From Azolla caroliniana (Eukaryota; Plantae; Polypodiophyta): a DNA stretch of 64,000 nucleotides. A model generated the notes under the pieces. That model saw nothing but the letters and a program-made list of their open reading frames with translations. It was not told where the DNA came from and searched no databases. How positions within the stretch are numbered: position 1 is the first letter of the stretch; every line of letters starts with the position of its first letter. Where the stretch lies: contig JBHGNT010000013.1 in the NCBI GenBank assembly GCA_043228905.1, positions 5,890,001 to 5,954,000 on the forward strand. Direction: 5' to 3'. A program made the translations under genes and the position numbers. Below, one piece after another: positions 23,449 to 33,924 of the stretch.

Positions 23449-26352
23449 TCAGTCTTCCTCCAAAATATCGAGCACACTTTGCTCGATAGTGTCAAGTGGT
23501 GCTTCTTCCTCCTGTTCCTGTTCCTTGCCTGCCTGGTCTCCGACCTCCTGTTGGGTAGGCTGTTCCGTAAAAATTTTCTGCTCCGGCTCTGCTTGATTCC
23601 GTGGTGCCGGTGCTTCCTCACCGCTTCGTCCGAGTTCTTCCTGTTCTCCCTCCGTTCCTGGCTCTGTTCTGTTACCGGTGTCGCTTTCTCCGGTCTCGAC
23701 TGGTCGACTTGATATGCCTCCTTCCTCTGCTCTGGTGTCTTCCGGTCTCAGCTCTTCTTCTTCTCCGGCATCGGTCCGTTCCTGCTCTTCTTCAAGTTCG
23801 TCTTCAGGTATTCCTTGTCGGGGTTGTTCGGTGTCGGTTGGTTCATCTTCATCCGGTCGCGTTCCCTCACCAATAGTGGTTGGCGTCGTTCTTCCCTTAG
23901 CTTCCTGTCGTAACCGGTCCTGCTCGTATCTCTCCAACTCCAACTGAGTTGCGAGCTGCCCGTCATCCAACCTCTCTACCAACCCTCAGATTTCTTTGAG
24001 GTGTTCTTCTGCTAAAGTGTAGAAATCCTCCGACAATTCCTCCCGAATGGCGACGATACTTTCTTCATCCATCTTGTAGAACCTGTCACCGGTCTTCTTC
24101 CGATTCTCGGCATCCGCTCGGAGTGTCTGCAGCTCGGCTGCCTGTTGTGACCACTCCTTCCATAGCTTTTCCCTACTTTCGTTGATACTTGCCTGAGCTT
24201 GGGTACTCCATCCTGACATGATGAGCTTGATCCGGTCGACTCCTGCCTTAGCATGCGCATAAGCTTCCTGCTTTTCCTTCCTTGCCCGTTTTATAATGTC
24301 GGCCATTATCTGAGCCTGGGCCTCGTAATCTGCTTTCTGCTTTTCATAGGTACTCTGCAGTTTGCTGATCGTGAAGGTTGATTTTTCCTTTTCTTCATTC
24401 CTGATCTTGGTCAGGTCCAGCTTTTCCCGCCTTAGCGCCTCTAATTCCTTCCTTCTCTCCGTTGCTTGGGCTATTTCCGCCGACAATGCTTCCTTGTTGG
24501 CACTGACCTCATCCATCGCCTTAGCCAGGTCTAATCGGGTCTCTTTGAGCTGCTCTTTCAGCTTCTCTATTTGCCGGTCGTAGTCTGCTGCTCGTTTTTT
24601 GTTGTCCGACTCGGCCTGCTTGTGATCTCGGTAGAGACGGTCGAAGTCCTCCGTCTTCTGCTTCAGGCGTCGGGTTGCCTGAGCTCTTAACCGATCGTCC
24701 CGGTCCTTCTGTTGTCGGAGTTCTTCCTGCAGTCGTTCTATCTCTTGTTGGGCATGTCGACGTAGTTGGTCCTTCTCCTTCTGCAGCTTCTCTTTTTCTT
24801 CTTGCAGTCGGTCATTAGCGGCTCGACCTTTCCGGAGGCCTTCTTCCATTTTTCGTCTGTCATCCTCCACCGCTTTCCACTGCTCCCTTTCTCTTTCCCT
24901 TAATGCCTCCTGAGCTTGTAACTCCTCTCGTAAGGTTTCTATTATTTTTTCGGTCTCAGGGCCGGTTTGCAAGGCTACCGGTTCCGGTTCCGGTTCTGGT
25001 TGCTTCCTTGTTGTCCCGACCGGCTCGGTGACAGCTTGTGCTTGTTGAATTCCTTCCCTTGCCTGCAACAGCTCCCCTTGCATTTCCTCGATCTGTGTTT
25101 GGAGCGCGACCAACTCCTGAGTTGTTGTATGCATCAGCTGTTGCCGACACGTTTCTTCTTTTTCTAACTGGTCCGCTACTCCCGATAACTGCTCCGAAAG
25201 CCATCTCAGCCATTGTGGCTTTGTTCTTCCGATTTCGGGGTGGCCTTGCTCACTTAAACCAGGTTGATTTTCCGGCCTCTTCTCTGGCTCCGGCTCCGGC
25301 GTTCGTTCCTTCTTCTTCTCTGGGATGACCGGTTTTCTGAAGTCCGGCCCAACCAGTGTCGGTGCTGCTTCCCTGGGTACGGGTTCCGGTGCTGTTTCCG
25401 CCTCGGCTACTGGAGATGGTTCTTGCGCCCTCTGCTGAGTTCTGTCCACTGGTGGAGCCGGTCCTTTCGCCCGTTTCTCCCGGCCTTGTCTTGCTGGGAG
25501 TCTTACCAGTGGTTCGGATGAGTCTTCTGTTTCAGTTTCCTCCTCCGGTGTGGTTACCAGACGGACCTTTTGTCTAGAGACCTCTGGTTCCGGTTCCGGC
25601 CGTCGCAGCGTTATATGGATTGGTTTGCGCGCTACCGGTTCCTCCTCGGCCGCTTTCCCTTTGCCTTTACCTGCCGGTTTTGCCTTTGTTGCCGGTTCCT
25701 GTTGCTGTCGGGATGGTCCTTCCCCCTGCTGTTCTGCTTCTTGCGGGGTCCATCCGGGGGTGTGTTTCTCCAAGATCTGTCGGCGCTTTGTTATCTTTTT
25801 CGGCGTCGTCTCCTGCCGACCTCTTTTCTTTTGTGTGATGGGGAGTACCGGTGGGACTAACACCGTTAGCCATTGTGCTATCCCGGCCCATGGCTTTTTC
25901 CCTTCCACCAGATTTTTGATGGCCTCCTTCAATCCTTCGGTTATGAAATGGAGCCAGTCTATTTGTAAGCCCTCGTACGCTGCTATCAAGAATGTTGCCC
26001 GGTACTTGGCTATGGCTGGGGGACGGGGATTCACGAATCCGTATTCCATCATAGCGTGGGCCACTTCTCCGAACAGCAGGTTCTCTCCGCCCTGCGTTCG
26101 GTACGCCTTGCTGCTGATAGAGTATTCCTCGAAATATTCGAACAGGATTTCACTGGAAGGGTTTTCGATTGTTTGCAGTCCTCCTGCTTTGATCCCCGTG
26201 AGTGCTTGCACCGCTCCTTCCGCTCCTTCTGATATATCGATCGATGCTGCCGCCTGCTCTGGTTCTGCGTGTGGTGGAGCGTCGGCGATCCGCAGCAATC
26301 CTTTTAACCCGTTCTCCCTCATCCATTGGCGTGCCTCTTCCGACAGTACCAT
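23449..26352 (-). CDS. G1 accessory ORF2: globular N-domain, Pro/Glu linker, long coiled coil, acidic tail (one in-frame TGA at 23986-23988)
   Basis: The 876-aa ORF (frame open from 26616) is in frame with the 177-aa ORF. Homology to H and B begins at MVLSEEARQW (ATG 26352). Heptad-rich E/K/R/Q segment of ~300 aa. Confidence 0.8.
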
Positions 26353-26733
26353 TGCTTCGAATTCTTCGTCTGTTGCCTGTTGTTCGGGATCGCCCTGTGT
26401 GTGCTCTGTGCGTCGGGTCGCTCTTCTGTGCTTCTGCGCCTGTATGTAGGAAAATTCGTAAAAAGTGATCCCTTCGCAGGCTTGTGTCTTATATAGTGGG
26501 TTGTGCCTCGAGCCGTCCTTCTTCGTTTCCCGCGCATGTTCCTCTCCCGCCATAATTAGTATGTCCTTTCTTGTTTGCCGCGTGTGAGTGCCCACATTCC
26601 CTGCTTTAAATAGCAAGTCCGCACACGTCCTTCTTTAATGCATGGCGCCTCTTCGTTGCATGGTGGCGCTCCCACCTCTTGTGATCTCCCCATCATTACA
26701 ATGATTCGCGTCGATTTTGCCCACGTCATTTTT

Positions 26734-26738
<5 letters not shown>

Positions 26739-26770
<32 letters not shown>
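26739..26770. repeat. (TA)n microsatellite in the pol-ORF2 spacer of G1
   Basis: About 16 TA units. Confidence 0.95.
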
Positions 26771-26774
<4 letters not shown>

Positions 26775-26793
26775 ATTTTCTGGTTAGACCACG

Positions 26794-29700
26794 TCATTTG
26801 CTGGTCCCCCCCGATTTGTTCGGGTCGGTTCGTGTGGATACCGGATCCTTCTGTCGGTTTTCCGGGATGGTCCTCGTCAGTATCGGTGTCGGTTCTTCCT
26901 CGGTCCGAGCAGCGTCTGTCGGTGTCGGTTCCTCATCTTGCCGGATTTCCGGGTTTCGCTTGAACGGGTTGGCTGGCATATTTCCTTTATACGGCTTTAG
27001 CTGAAATTCATTTGCCCACTTGCCGATGACATCTCCAGACAATGTGCCGAGCTGACACGACCCATTGTACTCCTTGGTGATCCAGAACGGTCCGGTCCAT
27101 CGAAACCGCAACTTTCCCGGCATGTTCCCCATCCTTGTCTGGAATAGTAGCACCGGTTTCCCGACTTCGAACTCCTTTTCATTGCCACGCCGGTGTCGGT
27201 CCACGAAGGCTTTTCTCCTCCTTTGCTCCAGTTCGAGTTGTAGTAAGCTGGCTATTCGGTTTTCCTCTAATTCCAACAGCGTTGCCAGTCGGATTCGTTC
27301 GGACTCGTTCTCACTTAAGCGCTCCTTTACTTGAATCCGTAAGCTGGGGATCTGGAACTCTACCGGCATGACCGCTTCTAACCCGAATGCTAGTCAGAAC
27401 GGGGTTGTCCGGATACTGGTTTTGTACGTTGTTCGGTACGCCCATAGCGCGCTTTGCAATTTTGTATCCCAGTCGGTCCGGTTCTCGTTGACGATTTTTC
27501 GTAGGATGTTCTGCAGAGTTTTGCTCGTTGATTCCGCTAGTCCATTGGCTTGAGGGTAGTAGGGTGTACTCTTTTTATGTACCACCGCGTAAAATGACGT
27601 CAGGCTTTCTACTACCTGCCCGAGAAAATGTCCTCCTTGGTCACTTATAAGCTCGATCGGGCATCCATACCGGCACCATATGCATTCGTACAGAAACTTT
27701 GCCGTGGAAGCGGCCGTGTTGTCCCGTAAGGCCTTTGCTTCTACCCATTTGGTGCAATAGTCGGTCGCCACTATGACATACCAATTTCCGGTTCGCATTG
27801 CCGGTGGTTTGAAGGGACTGACAAAGTCCAACCCCCACTTTTGAAACGGTTCTAGGGGCAAGACCGGGTGGTGTGGCATTCGGGCCTGCTCTGTGGGTTG
27901 GCCCAGTCGTTGACACAAATCGCATTCTCTGCTATACCTCACGGCATCTTTTAGGGTGGTCGGCCACCACAGCCCGCTCTGCCATATTTTCCGAGCGGTT
28001 GCGTCGCCGGCATAATGCCCGCCGGCAATTCCACAGTGGGCTTCCCTGAGGATTAGATCCTTCTCATCGCTCCGCACTACTCGTCTCCAGATGCCATCTG
28101 CCCCCTTGTGATAGAGGGTGTCTCCAACCAAGCAGAAATGTCTACTTCTTACTGCTACCCTTTTCCTTTCATCGCGGTCCATGTTTTCCGGGGGAACTCC
28201 AGTGCTCAGGAACTGGTGCATCTCAGTTAGCCATGTGTCTTCGTTGGCTACCGTTTTATCCGTTGCCGGTTTCGTCGTGATCCGAAACAATTCGGCGTCG
28301 GGAAACTCATCCTGGACGCCGTCCCCTGCTTCTCCGGATTCAAGTCTGCTTAGATAGTCCGCTACCGCATGCTGCGCCCCGGGTCGGTGGAAAATGTCGA
28401 ATTCAAATTCCTGTAGTAGCAGTGTCCACCGTGCAATTTTTCCCGTCAGGGATGCCTTCGAGACCAGGTAGAGTAGTGCCGAATGGTCGACATGGAAGGA
28501 AAACTTCCTTCCGAGCAGATAGTGCCTGTACTTTGTGACACTGTACACCATTCCCAATGCCTCGCGTTCCGTCGTAGAGTAATTCCGTTCGGCTTTTGAG
28601 AGTTTCCGGCTTGCGTAGTACACCGGTCGGTACCATTTCGGCTCTGTGAGTTGCATCAGAACGCTGCCGATTGCTACGTCCGACGCGTCGACGAAGACGT
28701 GAAAGCTTTTACTCCAATCCGGCGGTTGCACCACCGGAGCTTGCGACAGCATGACCTTCAACGCTTTGTACGCTTCCTCCTCCGTCTCTGCCCATAGGAA
28801 GGGTACCCTATGTACGCCGGTATGTAACGGTGTAGCGAAGTCCGCGAGGTGCCGTATCATCCGGCTATGCCACCTTATTTGGCCCAGGAACCGGCTTAAA
28901 GCCTTTGCGTTACTTGGTGCTGGTGCATCGAGAATTGCCTTGACTTTATCCGGATCTACCGCGATTCCTTCCTTACTCACCACGTGCCCTAGCAAGTTGC
29001 TGCTTGCCACTCCAAAGACGCACTTGGCCGGATTCAGGCTCAATCGGTACTCGCGGCACTTCTCCAAGCACAGCCGGAGGTGATCGAGATGCTCTCCATG
29101 CCGGTTGTAGACCGCGAAATCGTCAAGTAAGACCTGCATAAAACCGGGGATATATTCCCCGAAAATTTCCATTATTATCCTTTGAAAGGTCGCTGGAGCC
29201 GTCTTTAGTCCGAACATCATCACGACCGCGACGAACACTCCCCATTCCGTCACGAACGTTGTCTTCTCTTGGTCGGCCGGGTTCATTCGTATTTGGTTGT
29301 AGCCGCTAAATCCATCCAGGAAGCTGTAAACTTCGTGCCCGGCTACCGCATCTAACACCCCGTCCGTAAATGGTAGTGGAAACGCATCGGTCACTGTTGC
29401 GGCATTTAGTTTTCGGTAGTCCACGCATACCCGGATTTTTCCGTTCTTTTTCGGGACTACCACTATCGGACTCAGCCAGGTTGACTGCTTGACCGGTCGG
29501 ATAAATCCGACCCGGAGGAGCTTATCAATTTCCTCCTTCACCTTTGCCGCATAATTCGGATTCATCCGGTACCTGCGTTGAGCAATCGGTTTCGTGTCCG
29601 TACTTAGGTGAATTTGGTGCTGATAGAGCTGGGGGTCCAGCCCTCGCATGTCTTCGTACGACCACGCGAACACATCCTTGAAGTCTGTTAACAATGCTAC

Positions 29701-32700
29701 CATTGCCTTCTTTTCTTCCTTCGGCAATTCCTTTGCAACATTTACCGGTCGGGGCTTGTCTGTTGTGCCGAGGTCCACCTCCTCCAGTTGGGATGCTTTT
29801 ACCCTCTGGGATATCGTCATTTCCCTCTCTAGGGATTCCTGCGCTTGTCGTAGTTCCCGGATCGCCGCTTGGTCCGGTTCTTCCGGCGTCGTAATGTACG
29901 GTTCTACTGCCGCCGTGATATCCACCTCAAATAGTGGGACGATTCGTGGGTGTTCCTCGAGGTACTGCTCGACTTCCTCGTCCGGTAATCCTTCCAACAT
30001 GTTAATGCTTTCCTCATACAATGGAGTTGCTTCCTTACTAGTGATCACCCGTGGTTGCGTCGTTACTCGTACCTTTGTTTTCCCTCGCCGGAATGTGATC
30101 ATGTTCTTTTGCCAGTTCTGCTTGATATGCGCCGTTCGCAGCCATGGTCGTCCTAGCAGTAGGGGGTACGCGCCTTGTACATTCAGCTGCAGCACCACGG
30201 CCGATATCCGGAATACGTGGCCTCCGATCGTGATTTCCAAATCCCGGATAAGCCCGGTCGGTCGGACTGAGCTAGTATCCGCCATGCGTAACCAGAAGGG
30301 GCATGGTTCCCATTCCCGGATGCCCAGGTCGTTGCATGTCTGTTGGCTGATGACATTTACCCCGGAGCCTCCGTCAATAATCGTTCCAGCAATTTCCTTT
30401 CCTTTCACGATTGTCGTGATCGCCGGGCTACTTGTATCGACCACCGCTGGTCCTTCCTCCGGGTTGGAGAAGAATGCCGGTGCTGGCGTCGGCTTCGGTT
30501 TGCTGACGGATGCCTGTAGGTCTGCCGTAAATCGTGGCACTAACTGTAGTAGTCGTGCTAACGGCAGCACGATTTGACAGTCCTGTAGCGCTTGCCACGT
30601 CGGGTTTTCTCCCGGCTGTATGATTTCTTCGTCTTTTGGCATATTTTGGTCTCTTACTTCTGCCGCATTCTGTTCATTGGCCTCCTTGATCCATTGTGTC
30701 GCTTGTTTTCTGATTGCCTCCTGGGCTTCCCACTCGGCGGTCTTTCCCTTTGACCGGGTTGTGACCTGCTGTACTTTTGTTATTTCGGCTGTAACCATGT
30801 TGACTTCCGACTGCTTGTCATAGCTTTTGCTTGGGCATTGGTTACTATAGTGGCCTTCCTTGCGGCAGTAATAACAGTACACCTTGTGACTGTTGCTCGT
30901 TTCTCCTTTGTCCCCGGTTTGGAGGGTGGGTATGCTCCGGCGGTCGTCTTCGGTTTTTCGGTTATCCGGTACGAATACCGGGTTGTCATTCCTTGCTGCC
31001 TCCCGACGTTCCTCTCTTCGGAAAAATCCACGCTTCTGATTCCGTCGGAAATTTCGGTTCCCTTGTCGCCTCTCTTCTCCGCGTCGGTCGTATTCCGGGG
31101 CTCCGTCTCGGTCGTACCGGTCCCGGGGGTAGCTTTCTTTGCGTCTCTCCTCTCGGTCATAGTTGTCGCGTCTTCTATCAGCGTATCCTTGTCGCCTCTC
31201 TTCTCCGCGTCTGTCGTCTTCCGGGGATTCGTCTCTGTCGTACCGGTCCCGGGGGTAGCTATCTCTGTGTCTCTCCTCTCGGTCATAGTTGTCGCGTCTT
31301 CTATCAGCGTATCTGTTACCGCGTTCGCGTTGGTAGCGGTCGTCTCTCCGGAATCGATCCTCGTCCGGGTTCTGATTGCGCGGTTCTATGTGTCGAACCG
31401 GTGCTGCCTGCCGATTTAACAGGTTGTATTCGCATCGGTCCGTTGTATGGGCTCGAGAGTTGCAGATCACGCATTGTGTCCGCAGGGTGCAGTCTACTGT
31501 TGAGTGCCCCGAATTTAGGCATGTCGTACATTGTAAGGCCTGTCGGAACCTCAGGTCTTCCTCTTTTGGGAGTGCCCGGTGTAACATCCCCATCGACAAG
31601 AAGGGGCTAGTCTTGTCCATTTCTAAAACCCGATCAATAACTTGGTCCATTGTGCTGGTTTGGAAATCAAGGACTCCGTACATTGTTCGAAGTGGCTCTT
31701 TCAGTGCGGCCAGAAAGACTGCTTTGGCTTCGTCTTCGGGTGGTGCTCTTGTCAGTTGGCTGTGCAGGGTCTGGAACCGAATGATGAATTATGGCATAGT
31801 CTCGTTCTCTTCCTGCCGGGTGGTGTAGAACTGCCCGACCAATTCCCTTTGCTCAAATTGTCTGTGAAAAAACCTGAGGAATCTGGCCTTCAAGGCATCG
31901 AATGTGGCAAAGGTGCCTGGTAAGTGTTTTGCGTGCCATTGGGCCGCCGGTCCTTCTAAGGTTATGCCGAATTCGGCGATTTTGGATCGTTCGGCTTCAG
32001 GCTCCGTCAGTCTTTGGGAGATATGGTTGGCTTCCCATGTTTGGAGGAATGCGTACACGTGTGCCTCCGCATCGGCCTCATCCCGGTACTTTGGGTATGG
32101 GTACGGCATCGTGTCGTCCAACTGACTCTCCTGTTCCCTCCGTTCCCTGTCCGCTGTTGGCGTTGGTGTGAGAGCCTTTGGTTCCTCCGCGGGTGTTGCC
32201 GGTGTCTGGTCCGTTGGTTCCTCCGCGGGTGTTGTCGGTATCCGCTCCTTCGGTTCCCTCGCGGTTGTTGTCGGTATCCGGTCAGCCTTCCTCGACGGTT
32301 GCCGGTCACCGAATTCCAGGGTTATTTCTTCCTCTGGCGCCGGTGTTACTGAGTCTTCCGACCCCTCGTCCTCCCGGTCGTTTGGTGTGTCGTGGCTGCT
32401 TTTATACCGGGATGCAACGCTTCCGTCGCTTTCCGACTCCGCCTCAAGTGTTGCGAATGCTTCCGAGTCCCCGTCGCCCGCGGCGAGCGTCTGCAGTATC
32501 GTTTCCGCCTCTTGCAGGCTTGTTATGCTACTGCCTTCATCGGGGATTTGCAGAACCCGGAACTGCAGTGCTTCTTCTGCGACTCTCCGAAGAGTTTTGG
32601 AGAATGACCGATCCCGCCGGATCTCGTCGACGGCTTGCTGCAGGGCTTCCCGTCGTTGCTCGCGTTCGGTGTATCGTCTCCCTCGTTCGGTGATGTGGTC

Positions 32701-32718
32701 GTCGTTTGGTCTAGACAT
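26794..32718 (-). pseudogene. G1 single-frame gag-pol polyprotein with two nonsense mutations (TAA at 31789, TGA at 27394)
   Basis: ORFs 31789-32802, 27394-31683 and 26794-27369 share one frame. Three CCHC knuckles, IIDGGSGVN protease, VLLDDF RT, VFVDAS RNase H, HHCC + DDE integrase, GPF motif. Confidence 0.95.
31061..31312 (-). repeat. 126-bp (42-codon) tandem duplication in the G1 Gag Arg/Asp-rich region
   Basis: YADRRRDNYDREER..SYPRDRYDRD..PE.DRRGEERRQG occurs twice. Confidence 0.95.
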
Positions 32719-32753
32719 CCATCCCCCGGTTGTCCTCTGCACTTTGCAGGAAT

Positions 32754-32764
32754 CGTGGTCGCCA
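32754..32764 (-). other. PBS of G1 (tRNA-Arg(UCG)-like)
   Basis: TGGCGACCACG, 6 nt after the 5' LTR; 10-nt match to the recalled tRNA-Arg(UCG) end ...GTGGTCGCCA. Confidence 0.7.
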
Positions 32765-32770
32765 AAATAG

Positions 32771-33157
32771 TGTTGTCTGTCTGGCCGGACTAGCCTCAAC
32801 ACAGGTGTCTACCCGACACTTCTCCAAAGGGGTGGTAAGGATTGGATGCTAGGTTACACGCATAAGATGATTACAATTAAGCACGGACGGCAAACAATAC
32901 AAGATACAGATAAATACACAATAATTACTATTGTATTACTTCCGTCCCAAACCCTTTACAAATCATCGGATCCTTTTATAGGCATCCGGCAAGGTTACAA
33001 TCGGTGCGCTTAGGCAACCGACATCCGAATCAGTTCGGATCCGGATCGGTACAACTGTACCGAATCTGTCCCTCCGAATAATAATTCTACTATTACTTCC
33101 TATTATCCGATCCGATTCCGCCTTCCCACTTGTCCTTGCTCTTCTGACCGGCCAACA
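32771..33157 (-). repeat. 5' LTR of G1
   Basis: Direct repeat of 23012-23398. Confidence 0.95.
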
Positions 33158-33162
33158 CCTGT

Positions 33163-33924
33163 GCAGCAGTGTCATTATCGCATGAACCCGAATTACATGG
33201 CTTGCGTAAAAGAGGAAATTGAAAAAATTCTCAAAGTAGGGTTTATCCGATCGGTGAAGCAAGACACATTGCTGAGCCCGATAGTCGTAGTGACAAAGAA
33301 AAATGGCAAAATCTGCATTTGCGTGGATTATCGTAAGTTAAACGTTGTGACGATTACGGATGCATTTCCCATACCCTTCACTGATTGCATACTAGACGCA
33401 TTCGCGAGCCATGACATGTACAATTTTTTAAATGGCTTTAGTGGGTACAATAAGGTAGGCATGCATCCTAACGACCAAGAGAAGATTGCGTTCGTCACGG
33501 ACTGGGGTTTACGTCGCAGTGGTCATGATGTTTGGGCTAAAGACGGCGTTTGCCACTTTCCAGCGAACAATCACGGAGATTTTTGGGGAGTACATACCCG
33601 CCTTTATGCAAGCCTTTCTCGACGATTTTGCAGTATATGGAACAAGAGCCGAACATTTGGGTCATCTCCAACTCTGTTTCGAACGTTGCCATACTTCACG
33701 CCTGAGCTTGAATCCGGCAAAATGTGCATTCAGCATCACTAGTGAAGCCCTCCTTGGCCACATCGTAAGTAAGGCGGGATAACAGTGGATCCTAATAAAA
33801 TTACGGCAATCATTGAAGCAAAAACTCGGACTACTACCAAAGCACTCATCCGATTCCTAGGACAAATACGTTGACATAGTCGTATGTTACAGTATTTGGC
33901 GGATTTCGCGACCCCATTACATGT
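33163..33924 (+). pseudogene. H reverse transcriptase segment
   Basis: YRMNPNY, ICVDYRKLN, AFLDDF; continues DAKP|VQQ across G1. Confidence 0.9.

Larger units (their letters stand above)
23012..33157 (-). mobile_element. G1: near-intact non-chromovirus Ty3/gypsy with a 3' accessory ORF
   Basis: 387-bp LTRs at 23012-23398 / 32771-33157 (about 5 transitions by eye); TSD CTTGT/CCTGT; gag-PR-RT-RH-IN; no chromodomain. Confidence 0.97.

Noticed and set aside
23986-26616. Env glycoprotein or captured host SMC/myosin gene
   Set aside because: No signal peptide, transmembrane helix or ATPase motif; homologues sit at the same position in related elements.
31789-31791. Programmed gag-pol stop readthrough in G1
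   Set aside because: The stop is mid-capsid where element A has Gln (ETISQLF), so it is a CAA-to-TAA mutation.
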